DNA of 63,279 bases, counting the filler, from Sphacelaria rigidula (taxonomy: Eukaryota): the NCBI GenBank assembly GCA_964200075.2. It is 5 parts of 5 records of this genome, joined end to end, with 100 filler letters (N's around TTAATTAATTAA, not from the genome) between each part and the next. Parts side by side here need not be neighbours in the genome. Positions count along the whole stretch, not along the records: positions 1 to 12,579 come from CAXNAA020003609.1; 4 more parts are not named here. One strand, 5' to 3'. Every line of letters starts with the position of its first letter. Position 1 is the first letter of the stretch. The notes beneath the pieces are model-generated. The model ran no database searches. It was not told where the DNA came from and worked only from the letters and a program-made list of their open reading frames with translations. This document shows, in pieces, positions 1 to 11,898 of this stretch. A program made the translations under genes and the position numbers.

Positions 1-36
1 CTACTGCGGGGAATCAGGGAGACACTTTCCCCACTA

Positions 37-3000
37 GTGCGCGCGCTGGCCGTAATAGCCGTAGTCCACTACGTCTGGTTGATGTTCGGGAACTCATTAT
101 ACCCCCGGGCCACGTCGAACCTCGACAACACCGCTGAATCGTTTGGCGGAATCACCGATACTGATGATGGGACGGCTCTCGCAGGGCCCGCTCTTGACAA
201 GTGGACTGAGGGTAGCAATAGCCATGCCAGTGTCATGGTAGACAATGGTGCGTCGGGACATTACTTCGACGACGACGTGGAGAGCGACCGGTATTTTTTC
301 TCTCTGGAACTAAGCAGCGGCAACGACGCATCTGGACTGGCTATGCAAGCTGCAGACACCGCCACGCTGTGGCATCGGAGGATGGGACACTTGAACAGCA
401 ATAGTTTGAATCTTCTCAAAAACCTCGAAAGCAACGGTGTGGATTTCGGTGGAGCCGTTCTGGACTGTGATATTTGTGCTGTTGGGAAAAGTCATCAACT
501 GGCCCACCCGAAGACAGCCAAAAACAAAGTGCAACGCGTTTTTCAACTAGTCATGACAGATCTGATGGGACCGATCATGCCGGAGGCGCTGGGAGGCTTC
601 AAGTACGTCTGCAAGATCTCCAATGAGTATACCAGATGGACAGAGATATACCTCCAGAAGATCAAGGACGGCACCCTTCATGCATTTCAGTCCTACGTAC
701 AGTCAATGGTCATTCCTGGCGGTGTTCGGGTGGAACGACTAAGGCCCGACAAAGGCGCGGCCTATCTTGCAAACAGATCACCGCATTCGGCGCTTGACAT
801 GCAGTCGCCTCATAAGATGCTGAAGGGGACAGAACCGGATCTCAAACACCTGCGAGTCGTCGGAGCCAGGGCTTTCGTACATATCGAGCGGCATATATCG
901 AAAATTGCTCTCAAAGCAGTTGAAGGACGACTACTTGGGTACAGTAATAGCAGTAAGAGCTACCGAGTCTACAACCCGGCCACGCGCCGTATCATTGAGA
1001 GCAGAAAGGTCGTCTTCATCGAGACTCCGACACACCTTACCCCGACGGGAGAGCCGCAACTTCGGATACACCCACTTTCACTTGGTGACCAGGACTCCAG
1101 CAACAGAGAGGGCCACAATTACGTCACCGACGACGACTTCTTCCGTGATCTTCGCGATCACACCTCCGTACTAGCTTAAGCGGCTCACGCCTTCGTTGGT
1201 CATATCACTGCCAGCGGGATCTCTGACGATCCACAGGTGGCCGAGCTTCTGGAGAGAATCAGCGTCATCACCAAGCGGGACATGCTACACGACGATGACA
1301 CACCTCGTGGAGAGATGTCGTCAAAAGTATCACCGGAGAGCCGTGTGCCGCTGGAAAAAACTGCACCCCCTTCTCGGGACGAACTCAGCCAGTCCACATC
1401 ATCAGCCGAATCACCACTGCTCAACCGCTCTCGACACTCTCGCCGTCAAGTAACTCCCGCCGTGACGCGCGCAGGTATTGCAGCGCGCTCCTTCAGGGAA
1501 CTCAGCACCAACAACGACGGCGCAGCTTTTGCGCACCTTTGAGCCACTGTGGACGACGAAATGCTCTCCGAGCTACGGCGACTGCAAATGCACACCAACG
1601 CGCTCCTACAAAATGTCGTGCACCAGAGGTTTGGGGCGGAATCAGTCGTGGAGTATGCCTACACAACTACCAACCTCTCGAGCTGTTCAGTGGGGGAGAA
1701 AATCGAGAGAATCCCAAACACGTTCAATGAAGCCATGAGTCTCCCCGAAAAGGAACAGTGGAAGGCAGCATCAGATAAGGAGATGGATGGCCTAAGAAGG
1801 AACAACGTGTATACTCTAGTGCCGTCAAGCTCCGTCCCAACTGGACACAGGTTAATCGGGTCCCGATGGGTGTGCAAGAAGAAAGCGGATTCCTCGCACA
1901 AGGCCCGAGTCGTCGTGCAGGGTTGGGGACAAGTCCCTGGCGTCGACTGTGGCAGCACTCTCGCACGGTCTGCAGGATCCAAAGCATCCGCATGGTATTA
2001 GCTGTAGCGGCGGAGTATGACTTGGAGTGTTGTCAATTGGAGTATAATATCGCCTTTCTGAACGCCGAACTCAAGGAAGAAGTTTACGTCAAAATGGCGC
2101 CAGATACGAGGAGTTTGACGCCAATGGAACTCCGATGGTAATGCGGCTCCACAAAAGTCTCTATGGCCTCCGTCAAAGTCCAAATTACTGGTGGGGAACG
2201 GTCGACACACATCTGGCGGAGATTGGATTCAAGAGTCTTAAGTCGGACCCTTGAGTGTACATGTACCAAGAGAGCGGCGGCGACGTCTACATTTTGACTT
2301 TATACGTCGATGTTGTCCTACTGCTTGGGAAATATGTCAAAGTGCTGGAAGGATCAAGCATAAACTGATGGGACGTTTCTCGATGACGGACATAGAATAT
2401 GTATCGTTAGTGCTGGGGATGGAGGTTGTTCGTGATTGCGTTAGAAAGACAGTCACCATCAGCCAGAAACGTTACACCAAGTCCCTCCTGGAACGATACG
2501 GGATGGCGAATTGCAACCCAGCATACACTCGTGGTGTGGGACAAGAACTGTCACTGGATCAGCCAAGGGAGAAAGCTTTGAACGAGGAGGACAAAAAGCG
2601 TTTGCAGGCCATTGCGGGCAGTGTGATGTATCTCGCTCACGTGACATGCTACGACATTGGATACGGCGTAAATCAACTGGCGCGGGCGATGTCCAATCCG
2701 TCGAAGGCGCATATGGCAGCTGCAAAACACTTCCTTCGATATTTGGCCGGCACTACAGATCATGTCATAACCTACAACCAGGGCGGTTTCCAATTGACGG
2801 CGTTCTCAGATGCGAACTGGGGTAACAACCCAGACAACGGTAAACCCACATCATCATATCTTATCTTTCTCTCGAATGGACCCATCAGTTTTAAGGTAGG
2901 ACTACAAGGACTCACCGCGCAATCGACGATGGAAGCAGAACTCGTGGCCGCTGCACTCACCAAGTAGGAAGGCGTATTTTGCTCGAATATGATGCGGGAG

Positions 3001-3264
3001 ATGGGATTTGGCACACGCTTCGACTCCGTTCCTGTCTACATCGAAAACACTTTAACTCTCCACGTCGCAGGGGACCGAACTTACAGCTCGAGAGTCAAGC
3101 ACGTAGCTCCACGGTACTTCTTTATTCAGGAATTAGTCACGGAGGGAAGGATCGACATTCGTTACGTCAACACCGAAGACCAACTCGCAGACATAGGGAC
3201 CAAGTACCTCAGCAAACACAGGCACTGCCATCTCGTCAAGCTGATCAGCGCATTCAAAATATGA
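37..3264 (+). pseudogene. pol: Copia pol polyprotein (PR-IN-RT-RH) pseudogene
   Basis: Split over ORFs 37-1179, 1237-1542, 1549-2001, 1866-2141, 2251-2967, 2989-3264. In-frame stops at 1177, 1540, 2252 and 2965, several frameshifts, and catalytic YVDD reads YVDV. Confidence 0.92.
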
Positions 3265-3409
3265 GTACAGCCTGGTTGTAGCTTTGAGTTCTTATTTCGT
3301 CCTTGAGTGCCGGGACGGTTGTACTGATGTGGGTGTTTGAAACTAGTACGTATTTGCATTAAGGGGGAGTGTGAACGGTTAAGAGTTATACTTGCGTTGA
3401 GGGGGAGTG

Positions 3410-3618
3410 TGTTACAAAATGAGGCTGTGGAGTCATGCTCTTCAACGCTTTGTATCGTATTGACTTGATATATATGTAGTGTTGGGATCGCAGGTACCGG
3501 TCACGAAGGTTTGGCCTGATGTTGGGGCGTATAATGTGGGATAGCAGCTGTTGCACATGAAGCACTCTTCTCGCTTGACCGTGTACCCCGGTGGGTTCTT
3601 TGTATTGTCTTGCCAACA
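3410..3618 (+). repeat. Putative 3' LTR of the Copia element (~209 bp)
   Basis: Follows purine tract GAGGGGGAG (3399-3407). Starts TGTT (3410) and ends AACA (3615-3618). The 5' LTR is not in the window to confirm the end. Confidence 0.55.
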
Positions 3619-4074
3619 AGCGGCACCTTGAACACTGTCTTCTGTCTACACTCCGAAGCAGCCTGTCTGCTTGCTTGGCTTAACCGCCATTGCACCAACT
3701 CTAGCGACCACGACAAAGGGGTTCCGAGTGAATCCTCTAACAGAGTGCTCTACGATCTACCGCATGTCGTTGCATTCGAGACCCACGCCATCAACCGCCG
3801 ACAGCAAGGGTCTTGTGGCTTTCACGCGATGCTGTCGGCAGTACGGCAGGCAAACCGGATCATAGCTACCTTTTGTTGCTCTAACGCGCGTACTCCCCTC
3901 TGCTCACAGGTGGTCACGGTAACAAACTGCACCGAAGCACAAAACATTTTAGATCTTCGTCAAGGAATCATAAGTGGTCCAATGTATATCTTGCCGCATG
4001 TACGAGCACAATTTCGCGAGTTCAATACCCACCATTGCCATATCTCGACCGTTTTTTTCTGCCAGCACCATGCC

Positions 4075-4447
4075 CATGCTGTAAGGTGGAGTATATTGTA
4101 TGTGCGCTACAAACACTGTACATCATATTAACAACAATGAACAGTACACAGGGTGACGGAGCTCTGTAAAGCGTACTGTGCGGCGCGAAAAAATACCCTA
4201 CAGCCAAATGCTGTCGTCGTTCTTTAATATCTGGCGGGGGTGCGGGGAAGATACCCATGGGGGGAACATGCTCATGCTGTAAGGTGGAGTATATCGTATG
4301 TGCGTACAAACACTGTACAGCATATTGACAACAATGGACAGTACATAGGGTGACGAAACCCTATGAAGCGTACTGTGCGGCGCGAAAAAATACCCTACAG
4401 CCAAATTCTGTCGTCGTTCTTTCATATCTGGCGGGGGGACGGGGAAG
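4075..4447. repeat. Direct tandem duplication, ~175-bp copies with a 198-bp period
   Basis: CATGCTGTAAGGTGGAGTATAT...TGTGCGGCGCGAAAAAATACCCTACAGCCAAAT...GGGGAAG at 4075-4250 and 4273-4447. Confidence 0.9.
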
Positions 4448-4459
4448 CCACAGTTCCTC

Positions 4460-4960
4460 AGGTAACAAGAGTCATTTCAATCATATGGACGTAGTTTATA
4501 AAGTCGAAGTGTTTTGATTGTATAGCTGTTCCGAAAGTAGGCACATACATCTTGTTATGGTGGGTGACGTATCTGCCGACGGCAGTCAGTAGAGTAGAGC
4601 AACGAAAGCTCCAGATTGCAGCATCGCCGCACCTCTCTGAACCACGCTAGTAACAGTGAGGTCACCACCATAGGTATCTTTTTTCACTCCGCATGTCAAG
4701 AAGGTCTCCACAAGTGTTTGATCTCTCTCTCACACACACCCCAACTGGCATGTGACACGCGCTTGTGGTCGGGCGCCTAGATGGTCACAAGTCGGGTAGA
4801 ATCAACGATGAGTAACACCCCCCAAGTTCAAATTGGACCTGTTTTTATTGCCGCAGCACCGCCCTTGCTGGCATGTGTGTAGTGGTCTGACCACGAGGTG
4901 ATAAGGGCGTCGATCTCTAGGGACAAGCATAGTCGGAGTTGAAATCTGTAATCAGCCGAC
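4460..4960 (-). mobile_element. Possible highly decayed LINE ORF2 C-terminal fragment
   Basis: Minus-strand translations give LEIDALITSWSDHY (like LGV.ID..L.W..H) and AYFRNSYTIKTLRLYKL (like F.NSF..RT...WN.LP). Weak motif match only. Confidence 0.3.
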
Positions 4961-7900
4961 TTGAGAGGACGATTGCAGTCGAGTGCAGCTCGCGGCACAG
5001 AGACCGTTGAGTCCGACCAGCACTGCATCGTAGGGCAAAGTCTTTACTCACTTTCACGTGCAGAGAACTGCTCTTGACTTGCTTGCAAGCGAGATATCTC
5101 CAGGTGATGCCTGATAGCTTTGTTATTAGGCTTGGCTACTGGTTAGATAGAACCGAAGTTGCTAGGTGGTGGAAGTTGTGATGGGCCTGGGCCCCGACTG
5201 AGCACGTCTGATATGAACACGACACCAACATGCGAAGAATGGAATAAAACCAAGTGTACATGCCATGTGCACTTCGAAACGCCTACTAAACATACAGTCG
5301 GTATCCACCGTAACATCCCCCTCCCTTGCTTTGTGCACGCTACTCATGCAAGACGAGGAAAGACACAGTTCAATTCACTCCGGGGGTGATTCACTCAAGT
5401 TTGTATGCCATCAGCCTCATATCACGTCAAAGACGAGAAAATCGCAGAATTTCGGGGCTAGAGGTGACCGCGGAAAATACTTGTCATAAAATCAAAAAGA
5501 TGGGCAAAATCTCTTATTCAGGGGGAAAACGCCTCATCGTTTGGGGGGAGAATCTCTCACAACCTTTCAGATCATAGCGAGTGCTTTCGCATATGTATGT
5601 CGTCCCGGGATCCCAGTTACACTGGGAACAGAAACCACCGAGAATAGCCGCGGTGACTATTTTCCGATGATAACGGCGCTTAGACACCCGTGATTGGTTA
5701 CACCGACCCTGGGTAGTGTAGGACTCGCAAAAAGAGCTGACCCACTAAAAAAACCCAAGAAAGCTCTTACTGGTTGATGGGAGTGCGTTGGCTTTTCTCT
5801 CACCCACCAGCAGCAACTGATCTACTGGACACCGGGGGACTCCTACATCTCAGATTAACAGTTCCGTCGTGGTACAGTGTCCAAGCAGGTACTCGGTCCC
5901 CACCCTTTTTGTACAATGCTGACTCCACGACAATAATTTCTCTACTCAAAAGGGCTGGGGCACCCTAAAATCGGATCAACGTTCTCCGAGAACGAAGAAA
6001 CGTGATGAACGGACCAGGTACCTGGAGCAAAAGGTGCGATCAGGTCTGACCAAACCAAGAAATGAAGGATTTCCATGGAATGCAAGACCGGGAAAAACAG
6101 GACAACAAATGGAGCAAGATCGATCCCGCGAAAACGTGAAAAGGAGAAGAAACCGAAAAACAGTGCCGGAACAAACCATGCCCACAAAAGGACATATCAG
6201 GTCCACAATACGAAAAAAAACAACTCATGAAACATGAAAAAAAATAAAGAAAACTAAAGAAGGACTGACACGAGAAAAATGATCAGGTCCTACAAAATCA
6301 AGAGAAACCAAAACGGAAGAGGAAAAAAGAAAAGTGGAATCCAGATCAGAAAACCGAACAGAGAAAAAAATAATAATGAGGGCCTGAGGGGAAAGTTCTC
6401 ATCCGAAAAAAACGAGGCGAAAAAATCAGGCGGGCGATGCCCCCAAAACTAAATCTAGATCAATCGTTATAAAGTGAGGCAATAAAGCTGGAAACGATGA
6501 CCAGATATATAACCCAGCTCATGATCAACGGGAAAACACGAGTGAAGAAAGATCCGACGAGGGTAGAAAAAAAATAGAAATACTGCACAGCTGTTCCAAT
6601 GAAAAGAAAGAAACAGTACTGAACTACTGCTCATCACTATAAAAAAAGGAAATAGAAACCACCGCTCGCTCCTGTAATGCAGCACAAAATGGTCTCCTAC
6701 TCTCTCCTTCGCACAGTATTAATGCTTTTCTCTGCTTCGTTCGCTCAATGCCACAGGCTCGCTTGTCTGGGCCATTTGCTGGAGCTCTTCACTCAAAGAA
6801 TCCACGCAGTCTTCGTCTCATCACTGTCCCGAAGCGTTTGCCGTCGTCGAACGCTTGTCCTTTCTGCTCAGCTCCGTCAAAATCCTCTCAGAATGCGAAA
6901 CCTATGGGGAACAAGTTCAGAGCATCACTGCGCGACAGAGGGACATGGCGTGCTCGGGCGGGATGACATACTTGATGCCTTGGCTGGGTGGTGCAGATGC
7001 CAAAGGGCGTGGAACCCGTCCACTCGTGGAAGCGTGAGGCTTTCCAGGATCCCGCTTCCTGGTAGCCCCTCCGACATTGCTCCATCCTGAGCCTTTCTTC
7101 GCTATTTCCAACCTGATTTTTTTTGGATTGAGACTCACGACGGTCATCCCGGGTGAGGTGGGGTTTTGGGTTCAAGCTTGGCTTCGCCTTGGAGTCTAGT
7201 TAGTGTTCAGGCAAACTAGGCGGACCCCTCTGCGAATGAGTATCTCAGGTGAGGCGGGTAACGAGATGCGGTTCGACCTATGGCGGGCTATCTTGCGCGT
7301 ACGTATTTTGTGTCCTTGCATCTTTACCTTCGGACCGCGTGCCGTCATCGATCCTTGTCAACTTTCCATGTACCGTGTACTAGCGCTGCAGTTTCCTGCC
7401 GTTGCCATCCCGACCCGTTGAGATCTCTCTCTCCGGATCCATCACCAGTCTTACCTCGCATAGGTGCTGTTCGCGCTGTTCTACCAAAGGGTCCAGTCCT
7501 ATACTCGGTTCTGCTTCTTGTGAGATAGGAGCAAGTCTGCTATGATATATGCGTGGTTTTGCGTCGACACGGCAACTCGGGGAGGGAAGCAGCGTGTCAA
7601 GCAATGTGCGCTTGGTTCAAAGAGCCAATGGGACGTGCTTACCCCACCTGACGTCTTGGCTTGCAAAGCTCCGACAACATATCAGTAGCGATTATCCTGG
7701 TCTTACGACTGCGTCCTGATCACGTGGGAGAACTGACGCATCGGAAAGCGATGCACTCTTGCAGTCACCTGCCTAAATGGGTGATTACCTCCACACTAAA
7801 CTCTTCTCTTCTGTGCAGCGAATCTTTCGAGGGGCACCGGAGGTTAGGCACATTCCGCAAGGGCACAGACCACCCCGTTGACTTGTTTTGATGGCTGTGG

Positions 7901-8304
7901 AAAATCAAATGGGGATCGGGAAGCGAGGTCAACTGCCCGGCAGATGTATGTACGTGAGTGCAACATTACCTCAATCGTTGGCAAGTTGATCACCTCGTCC
8001 CATGGGTCTACCGCACGCCCCTACCTGATGGTCGTTTGGCGACTGCTTGACCTCTTGGGCCTCCTGCAACTGCATGACAGCACGTATTGCCCGATATCTT
8101 TCGTATTCCTTGACAAAAGGAAGCGGTCACTCATCGTGGATAGGGTGGCGCCTACTACTGAATTTTCAAGGAATATGTAAACGAGTGTCAATCATTATTT
8201 TGGAACCGCCGGCAGCTCCTCATCATCGACTCCCCAGTATCGCTTCTATTTTGTACTCAGATCGCCTCTCACCTACCGTTTCGGCAGTCGTTTTCCCCTC
8301 AGGT

Positions 8305-8920
8305 TCGGTGACTTTGGGAGGATTTCAGGAACAGCAGAAGGATTGCAAAAACAGATAGACAAGGCGCTAGGCTACACTAGGAAATGGAGAGTGACAGCGG
8401 ATGTCAACAAAAGTGCGGTACTCGTCTGTAACGAAGATGAGAAAAATCTACTGGAGTTCGAGTGGAAGTGGGTAGGAGAGGAACTGCCGATTGTAGACCA
8501 ATATACATACCTTCGCGTAGAGGTCTCAAACCACTGTTGTTGGAATGCACACATGAATAAAGTAATAGAAAAGGGTAAGGCACAGATAAAAAAGATTGGA
8601 CGTGATCCTCAGAGACCCGCACCTAGACACTAGAATTAAGAGATGTATCCCGATGAACGTGATCGTACCAAAGCTGGAATATGCAGGAGAAGTACGGGAG
8701 GTGAACGTAAAAATCATGAAGAACTTAGAAACAGTACAGATGGCAGCAGCTAAGAAGATACTTGGATGCTCGAAAACGACGAGTAATACATCACTGAGAG
8801 CAGAGTTGGGAATGTACTCACTTAAAGCAAAGACATGAGGAAATTGAGATGACAATATTGCGTGAAGAACATCCCAAAAAAGAGCCTGCCAGCTATAGTT
8901 GATAAGGCTGTATGGAAGGA
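8305..8920 (+). mobile_element. 5'-truncated non-LTR retrotransposon (LINE) RT C-terminal fragment
   Basis: Starts at the degenerate (YA)DDF motif: GDF..ISGTAEGLQKQIDKALGYTRKWRVTADVNKSAVLV..ELPIVDQYTYLRVEV..WNAHMNKVIEKG, frameshift, IVPKLEYAGEV..LETVQMAAAKKILGCSKTTSNTSLRAELG. Confidence 0.85.
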
Positions 8921-8935
8921 ACGTAATGAGCTATA

Positions 8936-9049
8936 GAAGGAACGTAATGAGCGCCGGAATGATGAAGGTGTCTCTATTAGGAGTAGGAGCGGTGCTCCGT
9001 CTCGAAAGGGATGCGTGGTCAATGGTTGAACGACTAAGGCAAGCAACAA
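8936..9049 (-). repeat. Dispersed repeat, inverted copy of 62770-62880
   Basis: The reverse complement contains GACCACGCATCCCTTTCGAGACGGAGCACCG.TCCTACTCC, also present at ~62798-62838. A neighbouring part (~62914-63009) recurs at ~51706-51773. Confidence 0.8.
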
Positions 9050-9077
9050 ATGGGTACGCCTTCCCTCAGGTCTGACT

Positions 9078-9202
9078 TGTGACGATTTATAGGCAACCGA
9101 TTAGACTACCGTACAGTCAGCCGCTGACTGTACGGTAGTCTAATCGGTTGCCTATAAATCTTCACAAACGTTAGTCTAATCGGATGCCTATAAATCGTCA
9201 CA
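9078..9202. mobile_element. 125-bp foldback MITE, TGT...ACA ends, 31-bp TIRs, 4-bp TSD GACT (Ginger-like)
   Basis: TIRs 9078-9108 and 9172-9202 match 30/31. GACT flanks both sides (9074-9077, 9203-9206). Internal hairpin of 45-bp arms, 9077-9121/9123-9167. Confidence 0.8.
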
Positions 9203-11648
9203 GACTGCACCTGATCTCTCAAAGGGTCTCCTTGCTGGCGATCAGATTGGATGCGTTAGTAAGGAGGGTCTGCAGAGCACGATCATTCTCCACTGTGTCC
9301 AGTTGGAGGTCTGCGGATGAAGTAGGCGTTCTTTCCCCCTGCGGAGAGCACTTCGCCTACCTTCCTTCGTTCGCTAACTGTGCGGAATGACCAGTACTCA
9401 CACCTGTTATGGAACCTTGTTCGGTGCTTTGCGGGCGGTCTCGGGTCTACCACTTGGGGAACTACGCGACACTACTCGGCAAGAGGAAAGTGGCGTTGAT
9501 TTGCTGCAAATGGAGTACGGTACTCTTACACAAGGGGTAGTTGTAGCTCACCGTTGATGGTGACCAGAACCTGCTTCGGGTCCGTGGAGAATAGCCCAGT
9601 GTCCAGAAAGCCCAGCCGGACGCCTACCAGCTCCCGTTTCTCCGATTCACCCACCAATTTCATATTTGTCTGATACGCTTACCTTGGAGGCGGTTGGGAC
9701 GAGCGACACTGTTGGAACGTGCTGCCCGGGTAGGGACGTATGACGCGGATCTACTCTAGATGTGTCTGGGTCGACCTTGATTACTCTCATAAGTATGTTA
9801 CGGACCCGTCAATCGGGAGATCAGAGGCAGGGGTGCGATTACGGATCCAACTACATGCGTCGGGGAAACCTTACTCCGAGCAGGGATGGAAGCGGGGAAA
9901 CGCCTGCCGCGCAAAGGTTCAGAGTGCCGTCTCACCTGTTGAGTTTACGCTACAACCTTACCGATATATAGTTACACCACCTTCTTCGATGTCTAGCAAA
10001 ATTTCCATTGGTTGCGATTGGTGGAGTCGCTGTCGATGCCCGATCTCACCCCTTACCCCGCGTTGGCTTTCGTTACGCTTAGTGGTCGTCCCTGAACTTT
10101 TCCATCGCGGATTTCTCAAGACAGATGTACCTAGGGTGTACTTTCGTGCATCGGGTAACAGCTCTAGCAAAAAAAAACACCATGGATGGGCGGGGCTGTA
10201 CGCTTGCAACATGAAAGTAGCAAAAATAAATAGCGAAGATGGCTGTAGAGTAAAATTGCCACGGGGAGTGAAGAAAATGAGACTGAAAATGTGGAGAGGA
10301 GAAAAACGGCAGAAAATCGAGGGGTACCATATAGCAGAAAGGGGAGAAAAAGGAAAAAAAATCAGTATGTGAGTCAGTGAAAGGAGAAAATGACGCAAAT
10401 AATGCATCGTGGGCTACGACTGCTAAATGCAGACGATGAGGGGAAGGGATCATCAGTATAAAACTATTATAGCGAAAGAGAAAACAAATTAACAGCGATA
10501 AAAATACCAGCGGGAGGGGAAGTAAATGTGTGGAGAAAGTCGCAAAAATAGGAAAAAATAATGAGGAGAGCACGCGGAAGAGAGCAAAAAGCATAGAAAA
10601 GGTCGCAAATACGAACAGTGTAGTAGTGGAAGAGATGGCTAGTTATATGAAAAAGAAAGAAAACAGAGGAAGCGGAAGAGGGAAACAGGAACAGAAAAAC
10701 AAACAAGGGGAGAAGCCCTCGACCACTGACACGGTGTGATGCGATAACGACGATCATGAATGGGTCCCGGCATTGCGCCTGTGCGTTCGGGATAAGCAAA
10801 ATCGAACAGCAAAAACAGCGGGGGCGGGTGGGAGGGACGTAGTTTTAGTGCGGGCTCATCTGATGTCCATGTGTAGCCTTGAAGGCGCTGTTTTCAAAGT
10901 ACTGTAGCAAAACGAGGCGCACAGGGATAGAAGACACCGGTGCAACAGTGTTGTATTAATAGAGTAAAAGCAAACATAGTAATGATAGACTGTAAACAAG
11001 ACTAGGTGGGAAAAAAACGAGAAAACATGACATGGCGTAACGAATCAAATATCCCAACATATCATCAATTAAGGATCGTTGTGCAAAACAAGTCAAATGC
11101 ATGAAAGAATTCCTAGACCTCAACTAAATAACGAACTCCTGGACCTCAAAATAAACCAAGACGTAAATGGTGGATGGAAAAAATAGCATATAAAAATACA
11201 GGTCACTGTAGAGGGAGGAATCAAACGCAATGCTACTGTAGTGAAAGGGTGAACAGAACAAAATGATCAAGGTGTGAGCCCTGCATATACTATCTTATAC
11301 GATGGGTATGTCTACGGCTGTCGAGCGACGGCACCGGGAGCCCCAAGTTTGCCGATGTGGAGAAGCCACGATGCCCCCGTAGTGTCGTGGCGAAAAGTTG
11401 TTTGCCCCATGAAGTGACGATAAGTTGCCCCATGACGTGAAGGGAAGGTACCGCTTGTCGAGTAGATGTGATGGTGCCGGATTGTAGGCCGATGTGAAGA
11501 TACCAGTGTAGTGGCGACATGTTGTGACGGGTAGCGGAGGCGAATCTACAACGACTTGACCCGATGTTGGAAATTGGGCAACAAGAGGGTTTATTTCGAA
11601 AAGCTTCTGCTGGATAAATAACTACAGATCTCGTAACAAAATTATTTG

Positions 11649-11898
11649 GACTAATGCCGAGATAGCCCCCCCCACGAAAAGTGCACCGGAAACCGTCCGA
11701 CAAACCGGCTGCGATCCCAATATTCAGCTCGTTTGCAGCAATTTTGACCACATGCGAGACGTGTAGCAGTCTGAAATCAGCTATGATGCCCAAATGAGTC
11801 GCGTCGTACAGCACGGAACCAGCTTTAACGGCATTTATGACCATCGCCTCCGTGCACTTTTTTGGCCGGTTCGGGAGGGGACTATCTCGGCAGCAGTC
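11649..11898. mobile_element. 250-bp MITE with GACT(AA/GC)TGCCGAGATAG TIRs, 4-bp TSD TTTG
   Basis: Ends GACTAATGCCGAGATAGCCCC / GGGGACTATCTCGGCAGCAGTC. TTTG at 11645-11648 and 11899-11902. Full-length inverted relative at 47732-47981. Confidence 0.88.

Larger units (their letters stand above)
1..3618 (+). mobile_element. Ty1/Copia LTR retrotransposon, 5'-truncated by contig start, degenerate
   Basis: Copia domain order: gag knuckle remnant (YCGESGRHFPH*C, ~2-45), protease (VMVDNGASGHYF), GAG-pre-integrase/HHCC (LWHRRMGHLN...CDICAVGKSH), integrase (LVMTDLMGP, AAYLANRSP, YRVYNP), RT (IGSRWVCKKK..HKARVVVQGWGQVPGVD; LYVDV at 2300-2314), RNase H (AFSDANWG, STMEAEL, DQLADIGTK). Followed by PPT and LTR. 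Confidence 0.95.
6745..9740 (-). mobile_element. Degenerate Ty3/Gypsy pol 3' half (integrase, chromo-like and Tudor-like tail), interrupted by nested insertions at 8305-9060 and 9078-9202
   Basis: Minus-strand frames: VVGATLSTMSDRF..KDIGQYVLSCSCRRPKRS (HHCC), AVDLASRSPFDFP, FSVEVITHLGR, DMLSELCK, DGAMSEGL..VDGFHALWHL, LFPIGFAF*EDFDGAEQKGQAFD. Parallels the plus-strand Gypsy at 13250-16300. Confidence 0.75.

Noticed and set aside
1177-2967. In-frame stops in Copia pol as programmed readthrough or selenocysteine
   Set aside because: Mixed TAA/TGA/TAG plus frameshifts and a mutated YVDD indicate decay.
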